A DNA stretch of 64,000 nt from Prolixibacteraceae bacterium (GTDB taxonomy: Bacteria > Bacteroidota > Bacteroidia > Bacteroidales > Prolixibacteraceae): assembly GCA_963675995.2 (NCBI GenBank), contig CAXXIY010000001.1, positions 2,106,690 to 2,170,689 on the forward strand, in the 5' to 3' direction. Below the pieces are notes generated by a model. That model saw nothing but the letters and a program-made list of their open reading frames with translations. It did no database searches and was not told the DNA's origin. Of this stretch, positions 10,568 to 21,583 are shown one piece after another (position 1 is the first letter of the stretch; every line of letters starts with the position of its first letter). The translations under genes and the position numbers were made by a program.

Positions 10568-13246
10568 ATGAAACCTTTTCTTTTTTCAGCATTACTGCTT
10601 TGCATGGTTGTTTTTTCATTTGGGCAGGATGGAAAAAAATCGAAGGGATACCTCCGTTTCCAAAGGGAGGTATCAAAGACTACCCGGAATAATGCAGGTG
10701 AAGCTTTCAGGAAAAATCTTGAAATGCAATCAGATGATGAGCTCAGACTTGAGAAATCAGAAAAAGACCAGCTTGCTTTTGTACATGACAAATTCCAGCA
10801 ATATTATAAGAAGGTAAAAGTCGAAGGCGCTATTTATTCTGCGCACTCCCGAAATAGCCTCATAGAGAGTTATTCCGGTGAATTTAAAGGGATAAGAAAT
10901 TTTAATGTAACTCCTGGTATTTCTGCTGCTCAGGGATTGCAAAATGCCATTAACCATGTTGGTGCAAAGCAATACGCCTGGGATCGAAGTGTTAGGGCAG
11001 GATATCCGGACTATCAATTTCCCGTCGGAGAACTGGTAATCATTGGAGGAACGGCGGATGATTCTCTCGATCTTACCTTGGCATGGAAATACGATATCTA
11101 TGCAGCAGACCCCCTATACCGGGCCGAGGTATTTATTGATGCCAGGACCGGAGAATTTGTGAAGGAAAATCAGTTGCTTCACGATGTAAATACCGCCTCA
11201 TCAGGAGTTACACTTTTTAATGGAACTCAAAATTTTACATCCGACTATACGGGAACTACTTATCGGCTGCGTCAAACCGTAAGTGGGGGCGGGGTTCAGA
11301 CGTATACCCTTAAAAATAGTACAATTTATTTTCTTGCAGCAGACATCACATCTGCTTCAGCAACTGGCTGGAGTGATGCCACAGCAGTTCAGGCCCACTG
11401 GGGAGCTGAGCAAACATGGGCTTATTACTTTAATAAGTTCAACAGAAATTCATTTAATAATGCCGGGGGGATCATTAAATCATATGTTCACTATTCGAAA
11501 AATTATGTGAATGCATTCTGGGATGGATCAAGAATGACTTATGGTGACGGTGACCTTTCACAGGGATACCGACCTTTGGTTTCACTTGATATTTGTGGGC
11601 ATGAGATTACCCATGGTGTAACAACCTACTCCGCGAACCTGACTTATAGTAATGAATCGGGTGCCTTGAATGAATCGTTTTCGGACATTTTTGGAGAATG
11701 TATCGAGAATTATGCAAAGGGAACCAATGACTGGATGATGAGCTGCGATATTGGTGTTAATGGTCTTTGTGGTGCTTTTCGAAGCATGGCAGATCCAAAT
11801 AAATATAGCAATCCGGATACTTATAAAGGGACTTTCTGGCTGACCGGCACTTCAGATAACGGAGGGGTGCACACCAATTCTGGGGTACAGAATAAATGGT
11901 TTTATATACTTACAACCGGAGAATCCGGAACAAATGACCTGGGATACAACTATGCCGTTACAGGAATAGGAATCGATAAGGCGGCGCGGATCGCTTACCG
12001 AAACCTTACTGTTTACCTTACTCCCTCTTCCAATTATGCTGCGGCAAGAGCCGGCGCTATTCAGGCAGCTACGGATCTTTATGGTGTGGGGACTCCTGAA
12101 GTCACTGCAACCACAGAAGCCTGGAACGCTGTGGGTGTTTACGCTCCTGCTCCGGATACACAGGCACCTACTGCTCCGGTGCTTTCGTCAACTTCAAAAA
12201 CTCAGACTTCAATAGCACTGAGCTGGACCGCTGCAACAGATAATGTTGGAGTTATCGGTTATGATGTGTTTGTAAATGGGGTTCAAAACAATACGACAAA
12301 CATTACTGCCAGAACCTACACCGTCTCCGGGTTAACTGCAGGAATTACCTATTCAGTTTATGTGGTTGCAAAAGATGCCGCTGCAAATAAAACACCATCA
12401 AATACCTTGTCAGTTGCAACTACCGGAGCGATCACAGAAACATTAGTTCTGGAATCTTACTTCGAAACAACTTTAGATTCCTGGGTGCCATCCAATACAT
12501 CCAATTGTGTCCGAACGAGTAATGTGGCTTATGCCTATGAAGGGTCTGGTTCTGTGATGATCAGGTCAAAGAGCACCAATGCAACAACACCGACATTACC
12601 TCTTTCGGGCTACAGCCAGGTGGAAGTCACGTTTTACTTTACAGCAGTTGGGATGGAGTCAGGTAAATCGTTCGTGTTAAGTTACAGTTCAAACAATGGG
12701 TCGAGTTTTAGTACGATTGGCACGTTTACTTCAGCTGCAACAGCAACGGGTACAAAGTTTGTTACGAACCATGGGTTTTATGTAGCAACAATAACGATGA
12801 ACTCCTCTTCTTTCAATAATACCGGAAAGTTCAGAATCCAAAATAATGGGGCTAACACTACCGATGTGATTTACTTTGATGCCGTCACAATCAAAGGTAG
12901 AACCAACACGACCGGTACAGGGAATGTGGTCACACTCGCTGCTGCAACAAAAAGTTCATTACAGCTCAAAAGTCTGTTCCTAACTGAAGGAAATATGGAA
13001 ACTACTCTGCCGAAAAGTGATAAAATTTTAATGTATCCAAACCCTGTTTTAAATGCACTGAACATTTTATCAAACGAAAAAATCAGGGTGATCAGAATAC
13101 ATACTTTAACCGGATCACTTATCTTTACCAGGCTTGACAATTCAGATAATCTCAGTCTCGATCTTTCAAATCTTTCCAAAGGGATTTATATTGTTGAGGT
13201 TGTCACAGCTAGCGGAACCTCTGTAAACAAAATCGTCAAACAATAA
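10568..13246 (+). CDS. Secreted M4 (thermolysin-like) zinc metalloprotease with FN3 domain and T9SS C-terminal sorting domain
   Basis: Signal peptide. HEXXH (CGHEITHG) plus a downstream NESFSDIFGE glutamate motif. An FN3-like segment (APTAPVLSSTSKTQTSIALSWTAATDNVGVIGYDV). The C-terminal ~80 aa (MYPNPVLN...GIYIVEVVTASGTSVNKIVKQ) is typical of a Por secretion tail. Confidence 0.85.
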   Translation: MKPFLFSALLLCMVVFSFGQDGKKSKGYLRFQREVSKTTRNNAGEAFRKNLEMQSDDELRLEKSEKDQLAFVHDKFQQYYKKVKVEGAIYSAHSRNSLIESYSGEFKGIRNFNVTPGISAAQGLQNAINHVGAKQYAWDRSVRAGYPDYQFPVGELVIIGGTADDSLDLTLAWKYDIYAADPLYRAEVFIDARTGEFVKENQLLHDVNTASSGVTLFNGTQNFTSDYTGTTYRLRQTVSGGGVQTYTLKNSTIYFLAADITSASATGWSDATAVQAHWGAEQTWAYYFNKFNRNSFNNAGGIIKSYVHYSKNYVNAFWDGSRMTYGDGDLSQGYRPLVSLDICGHEITHGVTTYSANLTYSNESGALNESFSDIFGECIENYAKGTNDWMMSCDIGVNGLCGAFRSMADPNKYSNPDTYKGTFWLTGTSDNGGVHTNSGVQNKWFYILTTGESGTNDLGYNYAVTGIGIDKAARIAYRNLTVYLTPSSNYAAARAGAIQAATDLYGVGTPEVTATTEAWNAVGVYAPAPDTQAPTAPVLSSTSKTQTSIALSWTAATDNVGVIGYDVFVNGVQNNTTNITARTYTVSGLTAGITYSVYVVAKDAAANKTPSNTLSVATTGAITETLVLESYFETTLDSWVPSNTSNCVRTSNVAYAYEGSGSVMIRSKSTNATTPTLPLSGYSQVEVTFYFTAVGMESGKSFVLSYSSNNGSSFSTIGTFTSAATATGTKFVTNHGFYVATITMNSSSFNNTGKFRIQNNGANTTDVIYFDAVTIKGRTNTTGTGNVVTLAAATKSSLQLKSLFLTEGNMETTLPKSDKILMYPNPVLNALNILSNEKIRVIRIHTLTGSLIFTRLDNSDNLSLDLSNLSKGIYIVEVVTASGTSVNKIVKQ

Positions 13247-13256
13247 ATATCAACTT

Positions 13257-14345
13257 ATGAGTTTTAGTGCTTTTTCGCCATTGTATAAACGGAATCGTCG
13301 CAGTTTTTTAAAGTCTCAGATAATATTTGCCATCGGAACTTGTGCTTCAGGAGTGGCTATATCGGAGGCACATTCGGCTCCGGCTCATCCCGGTAACGGT
13401 GGTGGATCTTCACCCGATGCAATGCGAAAAAAGTATCAGATTTGCCTTGGTGGTCCGTTTCCCGAACCTCCTCCTTTAAATACAAAGATCCGGGAAGTAA
13501 TACAGAAGGATGGTTATCGTATTGAATCGTTGACCTTTGAGGCACAGCCCGGCGACAGGATACCTGCATTACTGTTGGTGCCTGACCATGTTACAGCTGA
13601 TCATCCTGTGCCGGGAGTAGCCGTATGGCATCAACACAATGGAGAGTATCATTTGGGGAAATCGGAGCCAGCCGGGCTTGCCGGGAATCCAATGCATCAC
13701 ACCGGTGTAGCACTTGTCAGAGAAGGTTATGTTGTCCTTTGTCCCGATGCGATTTGTTTCGAGGAGCGTCAGGACCCTACCGGGAAACTGAAAAATAGCG
13801 CCCACGAAAGGTTTGAATTTTTACGAGAAGTGATCAGGGGACGTTGTATGGCTTGGAAAGATATTTTGGAAATGAAGCGTGCTGTAGATCTGCTTTGTTC
13901 GCGTCCCGAAGTAAAATCTGATCGTCTGGGGTGTTATGGACACTCAATGGGATCGACACATGCCTGGCTTGTGGGTCCACTGGAACCTCGATTGAAATGT
14001 GTAATTGGCAATTGCTGCCTGCCAACCTACGATGCCATCGAGGAAAACCATATCCTCCATTGTATGCCCAATTATGTACCCGGATGGAAAAATATTGGCG
14101 ACACCCCCGATATCGCCGCTCTGATTGCCCCCCGGGCATTACATCTTAATTTTGGGGAGAAAGACTCCGGCAGTCCGATTGATTTTGTCAGACCCGGGCT
14201 TCAAAGAATTGCAGATGCTTATCAGAAAGCGGGTGTGCCAGAAAATTTCACCTCATTCATTGAACCTGATAAAGGCCATATGTTATCTGAAGAGATGTGG
14301 AATCAGGTAAAAAAATGTTTCGAACGACATCTTAAAATGGTATAG
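13257..14345 (+). CDS. Alpha/beta hydrolase (dienelactone hydrolase/esterase-like) with Tat-type signal
   Basis: RRSFLK Tat-like motif. Nucleophile elbow GHSMGS. Starts 10 nt after the protease gene. Confidence 0.55.
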   Translation: MSFSAFSPLYKRNRRSFLKSQIIFAIGTCASGVAISEAHSAPAHPGNGGGSSPDAMRKKYQICLGGPFPEPPPLNTKIREVIQKDGYRIESLTFEAQPGDRIPALLLVPDHVTADHPVPGVAVWHQHNGEYHLGKSEPAGLAGNPMHHTGVALVREGYVVLCPDAICFEERQDPTGKLKNSAHERFEFLREVIRGRCMAWKDILEMKRAVDLLCSRPEVKSDRLGCYGHSMGSTHAWLVGPLEPRLKCVIGNCCLPTYDAIEENHILHCMPNYVPGWKNIGDTPDIAALIAPRALHLNFGEKDSGSPIDFVRPGLQRIADAYQKAGVPENFTSFIEPDKGHMLSEEMWNQVKKCFERHLKMV

Positions 14346-14491
14346 CTGACTCTTACACCTTTACAATGATGATATTTGATATCTTCCATTAAAAGGGTTG
14401 TTGGAATTTACCCGCCAGATCCGGTTATGCTAGTTATTGGTTGAGAATTCGTTGAAGTAACCTTTTGTTCAATTTTTTTAATAATCAAAAT

Positions 14492-15471
14492 ATGGAATAC
14501 GTAAGATTAGGTAATACAGGGATGAAAGTCTCAAGAATATGTTTGGGTGCCATGACCTATGGTAAACCAACAGAGCGTTGGCCATGGGCATTAAATGAAG
14601 CGCAGAGCAGACCTTTTATTCAGAAAGCATTGGAACTGGGGATCAATTTTTTTGACACGGCTGACATGTACAGTTATGGTACAAGTGAGGAGGTGGTTGG
14701 TAATGCCCTTAGAGATTTTTCCCGACGTGATGATGTGGTGATTGCGACCAAAGTATTTCAACCAATGAGCCAGGCACCCAATGACGGAGGGCTCTCACGT
14801 AAACACATCATGAGTTAATTGATTCGAGTCTGAGACGATTAAAAACCGACTATGTGGATCTTTACCAGATACATCGCTGGGATTATCACACCCCTATTGA
14901 AGAAACAATGGAAGCGCTTCACGATATTGTCAAAGCTGGAAAGGCTCGTTATATTGGCGCCTCTTCCATGTTTAGCTGGCAATTTGCAAAAGCGCTGTAT
15001 ACCGCTGACCTTCACGGCTGGACCCGGTTTGTCTCCATGCAGCCCCACTATAATCTGCTCTACCGTGAGGAAGAGCGGGAGATGATCCCTTTTTGTCTGG
15101 ATCAAAAAATTGCAGTTATTCCATGGTCTCCCTTGGCCAGGGGACTCTTAACGGGGAAAAGGACCCGGGAAAGGAATGAAACGGTTCGTGCACAAACAGA
15201 TGAATTTGGAAAGATATTATATAAAGTTGATTCTGATTTTGATATCGTAAACCGTTTGACAGAATTGGCCACCAAACTTGAATTGCCTAATGCTCAGGTC
15301 GCGTTAGCATGGATGCTGGGCAAACCTGGCATTACGGCTCCTATTATCGGAGCAAGTAAACCTGGACATTTGGAGGATGCTGTTGCTGCCTTGACTGTAA
15401 AATTAACTCAGGAGGAAATCAATTATTTGGAAGAGCTCTACCTGCCACACACCGTACTCGGACATTCATAA
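14492..15471 (+). pseudogene. Aldo/keto reductase interrupted by a single frameshift
   Basis: Frame 1 reads MEYVRLGNTGMKVSRICLGAMTYG...GGLSRKHIMS and stops at 14816-14818. The conserved continuation IDSSLRRLKTDYVDLYQIHRWD runs from 14818 in another frame through the rest of the AKR (to 15471). Together they form one full-length AKR. Confidence 0.75.
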
Positions 15472-15643
15472 GACATTCATTTTATTTAGTGTTATCTCCT
15501 GCTCGTCAACCAAAATAAGCCAACAGAAAATTGATGACCAAGTTTTTATCTAAATAAAAAAGGATAAAGATTCTTGTGTGGAAGGTTTGGTTTGACAAAA
15601 AAGGTTGATTGGAAATAATTTATAACTATAAAATCCGGGGATC

Positions 15644-17140
15644 ATGAACCGACGAAAATTTGCCTTGGCTAATACGATAGGTATTGCAGGAATAGCAATA
15701 TTGAATAGCGATAAGAATGTTGCAGGTCAAAGCCTGTTCCACACGCGGGATACATTGCCGCCGGTTTCAATTACTCAATTAAATCCGGTTGACAATGGTA
15801 AAGCATTGGTTAATCCCATGATGGGGTGGACCATGCATTTCTATTCAAATGTCATTGAGAATTATGGGTCAAAACTTGATCCTTCAGATACCTTGGATGA
15901 TTTTCCAGGGCTTTCAACTGTTTATCTCCGGCTTCCATGGTCATTTATAGAACAGGAGGAGGGTAAATTCAATTGGGAGATTCTGGATACCCCGGCACAA
16001 AGATGGATTGACAAAGGGAAAAAAGTTGCCTTCCGGATCAGTGCAAGCGAAAGTTGGATGCGGTGGGCAACTCCCGAGTGGGTGGCGAAATCGGGTGCAA
16101 AAGGATTTGATTGGGGTCCTGGAAATAAACTTTGGGAACCAGCCTATGATGATCCGATTTTCCTTGAGAAGGTTGACAACTTCCTGGTTGAAATGGCATC
16201 CCGATATGACGGCAATCCAAATGTCGCCTTTGTGGATGTTGGACATTTTGGATTGTGGGGAGAAGGACACACCGTCCTAAGTACCAAAATTAACTATGAT
16301 TTGTCGGTTATTAAACACCATATTGATCTCTATTGCAAAAATTTCGAAAAAACGCTGCTCTGTATTAGCGACGATTTTGCTGGTCATGATCAGCCAGGTT
16401 CCCGATTCCCTATTACCGACTATGCTTTTTCGAAAGGTGTTACTTTAAGAGATGACAGCATTTTGGTACAACCTCCGCCTCACTCGTGGTATCACTCGGA
16501 AATGGCTCAGTTGTTTTGGCCAACTTTACCTGTTGTACTTGAACATGAACATTATGGTGCATCGGTAAAGAGAGGAGCTTGGAGCAAAGATCTATTAATT
16601 AAAGCAGTAGAAGACTATCATGCCAGCTATATGTCGATTCACTGGTGGCCCGAAATTCTGCTGCAAGAGAACCGTGACGTAATTGAAAAGATCAATCTTC
16701 GTATGGGATATCGTTTACAATTGAGGTCTGTCAGCTGGCCTGAAAAAGTTCGGTTGGGAGAATCGTTTAATATCTCCTGTGCATGGACAAATGGGGGAGT
16801 AGCGCCGTGTTATCCTGGCGGATATCCATGTTTCACATTGAAAGATGAAAAGGGTGGGATTGTATCGGTTTTAACCGATGAAAGCTTTAATGTCAGGGAT
16901 TTGCAGGTTGCTAAATCTCAGATGGCCGAAATAAAACAAATCACTTCCTCCTTCGCGATTGCTTCTGCATTTAGTGATCCGGCAAAGTCATTCTTCAGGG
17001 GAGTAAAACCTGGCAAATACGATCTTTTTGTTTCAGTCGGACAAAAGGACGGTACTCCTGTGCTTGAACTTCCTTATAATGAATGTGATGGGCATAAACG
17101 CTACAAAATAGGGCGAATTGAACTTAATGAACGAATTTAA
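15644..17140 (+). CDS. Secreted TIM-barrel glycoside-hydrolase-like protein (DUF4832-like)
   Basis: Tat-like N-terminus (MNRRKFALANTIGIAG). The segment PMMGWTMHFYSN...LRLPWSFIEQEEGKFNW resembles GH42/DUF4832-type proteins. The family call is tentative. Confidence 0.4.
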   Translation: MNRRKFALANTIGIAGIAILNSDKNVAGQSLFHTRDTLPPVSITQLNPVDNGKALVNPMMGWTMHFYSNVIENYGSKLDPSDTLDDFPGLSTVYLRLPWSFIEQEEGKFNWEILDTPAQRWIDKGKKVAFRISASESWMRWATPEWVAKSGAKGFDWGPGNKLWEPAYDDPIFLEKVDNFLVEMASRYDGNPNVAFVDVGHFGLWGEGHTVLSTKINYDLSVIKHHIDLYCKNFEKTLLCISDDFAGHDQPGSRFPITDYAFSKGVTLRDDSILVQPPPHSWYHSEMAQLFWPTLPVVLEHEHYGASVKRGAWSKDLLIKAVEDYHASYMSIHWWPEILLQENRDVIEKINLRMGYRLQLRSVSWPEKVRLGESFNISCAWTNGGVAPCYPGGYPCFTLKDEKGGIVSVLTDESFNVRDLQVAKSQMAEIKQITSSFAIASAFSDPAKSFFRGVKPGKYDLFVSVGQKDGTPVLELPYNECDGHKRYKIGRIELNERI

Positions 17141-17378
17141 GGAGGATAGCGTGTGGCCTAGTCTTGAAAATATTAGATGTTATATATTAACATAGTGAAT
17201 ATTAATAGATTGGTTTATCTGAACATCCATTCATGAGGCATTCAAATCACAGTTTTAGCTTTTGCTGTTTTCATGACAGTTGTGCTTCTGGTTCAAATGG
17301 CCAATCACAAACCAATCAGGCGATCCCCGAAGCGTGTGAACTTATGTCCCAATAGCTGTCGGAGTCAATAAGATCTTT

Positions 17379-19001
17379 ATGGATTTTTGGAATATACTTA
17401 AAACAAGAAATATGCTTAAAAATAGTGTGCTTAGGATGATTTTGATAATCTTATTATTGAACGCTGATATCGGAACGCAGAATCTGAATGCTCAGGATAA
17501 TCCTAAGAAAAAATTAAATCAGGACAGCCAACCCAAATTGGGTAACAGCTACGGAATCGAACATATAGTAAGTCAAGATATTAGTTTGATTGATTCTGCG
17601 TTTCAGAATGGTTATACAGATAATATAGTAAACGCAAATATAGATGGTAAGAAGTTGCTGACACTGAATATTCAGAGCACGAACGGAAATGTCTACCATG
17701 GTGGGGGGCAAACTTCTTATAGCACCTGGGTCCGCGACATTTATTGGGGAATGCTCGGTTGGGCCCAGGCTGGTGACGAATCTGTACTTCAGGTAATGAA
17801 ATCTTCATTGCAATTGCTGGTCATGGCTAAAAATAAGAACCAGGCTATTGGACAGAGTAAGGTGTGGCCCTTGAATGATAAACGGTTTTACATTCCCCAG
17901 GCATATACAACGGGGCTTAAAATAGCCATGGATTTTTTCCCGTGGTGTTCTGAATCCCAGACAGATTTTCTTCTTTTGGCCCATAACTACTGGAAGCTGA
18001 GTGGTGATCGTCAGTTTATTGATTCTATATGGAGTGATATTGTGTATGTTACGAGAACGCTCGAGCTATTGGACACAAACGGTAATTCATTACCCGATGC
18101 ACTTCAGGGAAGTTATGATTACCAGGGTGTTGGTTTAAATACGGAAGAGCCACTTATGTGTGCAAAGACAAGTATGGCCTATAATTCTGTGGCAACCCTT
18201 GCACGCATGCTGGGAAAAAGTAATTATGCAGATAGTCTTGCGAAACGAGCAACGAGGGTAAAAGAGATGATGAACAAGAGTATTGATGAAGGTGGTTTGG
18301 TTGGTCCAGATGGTTATTATATCAATATGCGTAAGATTGGTAAAGGGGAAAAGGGGATAGACGATAGATTTATACCCTACGAAAACCTTGTGCCAATGTG
18401 GTGCGGGATGACTAATCACAATCAGGATGAAGCAATATTTTCAAGACTGGATGACGATTTTATAAAATATTATGATTTGGCTTGGGGTCCGATGTACTGC
18501 GCTCCGGCAGCTCATAATGAACAAAGCGTAATGAATTGCTCAAGTGTCACATGGCTGGCATTTATGGATGTTTATCTGAGAGGTATAAAGGGGCACGACG
18601 CAAATCGACCAAGGATATTTAATATGCTGATGCAGCATGCGCATGATGCGGGTGGCGTACCATTCCCCGAAGGGGCGGGAATATACGGTAATCTTACCGG
18701 TGGAGCAGGCAGGTTGTGGGATAACGGTAATTTCTTTCATATGCTTATATGTGGTGTATATGGCGTCGAAAAAAGTAAAGATGGAATTAGTTTAACGGCC
18801 CCGAATGAAATTGACGGTACACCTTTGACTGAATTGAAAAACTTCTGCTGGAGAAAAGCAGTATATAACTTTAAGTGGATCGGGAAAGGGAAAAACATAA
18901 AAAGTATTACTTTAGATGGAAATAAAATTACCTCAACATCTGGTGTTTATAAACTTAACAAAAGCCATGGGAGTCATAAAATAGAAATAGTGCTTTATTA
19001 G
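17379..19001 (+). CDS. Secreted six-hairpin glycoside-hydrolase-like protein
   Basis: The likely true start is the internal Met at 17412 (MLKNSVLRMILIILLL signal). Contains TWVRDIYWGMLGWAQAGD and other (alpha/alpha)6-type helical patterns. Confidence 0.4.
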   Translation: MDFWNILKTRNMLKNSVLRMILIILLLNADIGTQNLNAQDNPKKKLNQDSQPKLGNSYGIEHIVSQDISLIDSAFQNGYTDNIVNANIDGKKLLTLNIQSTNGNVYHGGGQTSYSTWVRDIYWGMLGWAQAGDESVLQVMKSSLQLLVMAKNKNQAIGQSKVWPLNDKRFYIPQAYTTGLKIAMDFFPWCSESQTDFLLLAHNYWKLSGDRQFIDSIWSDIVYVTRTLELLDTNGNSLPDALQGSYDYQGVGLNTEEPLMCAKTSMAYNSVATLARMLGKSNYADSLAKRATRVKEMMNKSIDEGGLVGPDGYYINMRKIGKGEKGIDDRFIPYENLVPMWCGMTNHNQDEAIFSRLDDDFIKYYDLAWGPMYCAPAAHNEQSVMNCSSVTWLAFMDVYLRGIKGHDANRPRIFNMLMQHAHDAGGVPFPEGAGIYGNLTGGAGRLWDNGNFFHMLICGVYGVEKSKDGISLTAPNEIDGTPLTELKNFCWRKAVYNFKWIGKGKNIKSITLDGNKITSTSGVYKLNKSHGSHKIEIVLY

Positions 19002-19067
19002 TAGATCTATATTGTTGATTGAAAAAATCATTTAAAGAATTATCATTTCATTATATAAATAGAAGTT

Positions 19068-21572
19068 GTGAGCAGATATTTTAGGAGTCATGTTTTATTT
19101 AGTGTTGTTCTTTTATTCGTTTTTCTCCTTCAGCGATCTGCTTTGTGTGCAGATAATAATTGTATTAGTACTCTATCTACTGATTCATCGATTGTAAAGG
19201 ATCATTTCATTTGTGTTGTTAATCGCAATAGCGACTTAAAATATGTTGATGGAATTCCGTTTTTTATCAGCAGTTTCTGGAATCCCGGAGAAGGAGATAG
19301 TGTTGTCATAAATACTCACGAAATAAATGCTTGCAGGCTCTATATTCAAGGAGGACTAAATTCGGTGGATTTATGCCATCCGGGTTGGGGAGGAGGTAAA
19401 GGATTTGAAAACTTTTTTTTTGGAACCGAAACGGGCCAAATTAAAATTAAATATGCATCCGGAAAGGTGGATATTATCCCTCTGGTGGTGGGCTATACGA
19501 GCTGGATAAATAACAACTTTAAAATTTCTCCGGAGCCTTTTAAAAGCGATGCGAATATCTCTAAAATGCTAGATAATGTCTTATGTGTAGCTAATGGTCT
19601 GCGCGGTTATGAAAATGATCCGGGGCGCTACTATTTGGTGATTAATCTTCGCAAAGAGAAAGTAGAGGCTATCGAATTACATGATAATGCATCCAAAATC
19701 GGTTATTTCAGAGTCTATGGTCTTAGTTTTGAGGGCAAATCGAATAAAGATTCAATGCAGGATCCGGCGTTTTCTGAAATTAGAGGTCAGGTAACAAGCG
19801 ATGCGGTCAAAAGCTGGATTGCAAAACATACGATTGAATCCTCCGATGGATTTCCCACTTCAAGGAAAAAAGCGATTGAGGCGTTAAGGTCCAAGTTCAA
19901 TACACAGCCATCTGATATTAATTACGGGACAATATCGAAATCTAAACCCGGGATAACATCTGCAAATTTTGAAGGTCCTAAAGTGAAGTTTAGTGGTTCA
20001 CCGACGGCCAGGATAATGACCAATATCTATTACGAGAATTCACATGAAATGCTTAGTCGGGTAGATGAGGATGGTACAGTTCACGAATCATCAAAGGATG
20101 CTGATAATTATAATGCTTTGGGAGGTTGGACAGAAGGATTAGCCCCTTTTTATACTGACTCCTATACAAGACTTCGTGCTTTAACCCTTTTGGGCAACAT
20201 GGGATTTTCAAAAAAAGTGAATGCGGCAATAGACTATTTCGATAAATGGATGATGTATTTTCCTAAATCATATCCTTCAAATCAACTTGGCGGTAAGCCT
20301 GTTCCAGGGCATGCAACTGTCATCGCGAATAAACCACATGTTTATTTTGATGTCCTGAGCAAAGTTGGCTGGCCTACGAAATATCAGGTTCATGACTTTG
20401 GTAATGGTGAAAACGATGGTCACGGTATGCTGATGATCAGCCGGTGGCGTGCATGGATTAAACAAGGCAGGACAAAGGAATGGGTTGATAAAAGATGGGA
20501 CGCAATTAAGGAAGCCGCAGAATACATCCCGTGGTGTCTTGGTAATCCGGACCTCTCTTTTTCTGCGCATGGATTATTATATAGTGAATCGGAAGGTGGG
20601 ATGCAGATGGAAAGTATGTTTTGTGATTTTAATTGTTACATCGGTTTGCTGGGTTATATCGATATGGCCAAGAGCACAGGACGGAAAGAGTGGGAAAAGA
20701 GGTGGCAGGAAATTGCCGACACCTATTTGAAATCGATGAATGCTTATTATCCGACAACTATTCTGCCTTGGGGAGACGTATGGGATATTCGTAAGACTGC
20801 GAGTTGGGAGTACTTTCATGCGACACTTGCACCTGTTGTTATGGGAATAGATTATTGGGGTTATGATGTTATGAACAAACTACCTTCGGGGTGGGCCGAA
20901 AGAACATTACGAACCTATAAAATGCAGTTGACACGAAATTCACCCACGGGTGCAGCAACTGCAGGTATTGGTTATGGTCAGGGTTATATTACCGAAGCAG
21001 CGCTGCTAACAGACCATATGAAGGATGCTTCATTAACAACAGACTGGATGGCGAAGATTTGCTTTGCTCCTCACCTTCCGGACTCTTATCGTGTACCTGA
21101 AGGGGCTGTAGTTGAAGGCGATGGTTCCATATGGCGCAGGTGGGGAGATTTAGGTAATCTTTATCAACTTGCCGAGGTTGTCTATACGATTCAAATTATA
21201 ATTGGTATTGAAGATATACAGGCAAAACAATTGGTTTTAATGCCAAGAATACCCCTTAGCTGGAAAAAAATTGAAGTAAGTGATTGGCCTGTAAGGACAT
21301 TCAGTGAAAATGCCTCTCAACTTTTCAACATTGCTATGAGTATGGTGAAAAATGGAAGCGGATATACCGTAGTCCTGAAAAGTGAAAAAGTGATTGATAA
21401 AGGGAAAATCCGTGTCGGGCCTTTTAACACTTCAATAAATTCCATAAAAATTAAGTGTAACGGCAAACCTATTCCAGGCAAATTGTTTGAGAGCGGTGAC
21501 AGCAAATGGGTTTGGATTGATTTTGGAAATGATCTGTCAAAAAGTTATAAGATGAAGGTACAAGCTCAATAA
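19068..21572 (+). CDS. Large secreted hypothetical protein, C-terminal six-hairpin-like domain
   Basis: Signal peptide, 834-aa ORF. The C-terminal half has W/Y-rich helical repeats (GHGMLMISRWRAWIKQG...). Co-directional and tightly spaced with its neighbours. Confidence 0.35.
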   Translation: MSRYFRSHVLFSVVLLFVFLLQRSALCADNNCISTLSTDSSIVKDHFICVVNRNSDLKYVDGIPFFISSFWNPGEGDSVVINTHEINACRLYIQGGLNSVDLCHPGWGGGKGFENFFFGTETGQIKIKYASGKVDIIPLVVGYTSWINNNFKISPEPFKSDANISKMLDNVLCVANGLRGYENDPGRYYLVINLRKEKVEAIELHDNASKIGYFRVYGLSFEGKSNKDSMQDPAFSEIRGQVTSDAVKSWIAKHTIESSDGFPTSRKKAIEALRSKFNTQPSDINYGTISKSKPGITSANFEGPKVKFSGSPTARIMTNIYYENSHEMLSRVDEDGTVHESSKDADNYNALGGWTEGLAPFYTDSYTRLRALTLLGNMGFSKKVNAAIDYFDKWMMYFPKSYPSNQLGGKPVPGHATVIANKPHVYFDVLSKVGWPTKYQVHDFGNGENDGHGMLMISRWRAWIKQGRTKEWVDKRWDAIKEAAEYIPWCLGNPDLSFSAHGLLYSESEGGMQMESMFCDFNCYIGLLGYIDMAKSTGRKEWEKRWQEIADTYLKSMNAYYPTTILPWGDVWDIRKTASWEYFHATLAPVVMGIDYWGYDVMNKLPSGWAERTLRTYKMQLTRNSPTGAATAGIGYGQGYITEAALLTDHMKDASLTTDWMAKICFAPHLPDSYRVPEGAVVEGDGSIWRRWGDLGNLYQLAEVVYTIQIIIGIEDIQAKQLVLMPRIPLSWKKIEVSDWPVRTFSENASQLFNIAMSMVKNGSGYTVVLKSEKVIDKGKIRVGPFNTSINSIKIKCNGKPIPGKLFESGDSKWVWIDFGNDLSKSYKMKVQAQ

Positions 21573-21583
21573 AACCATAAAAA

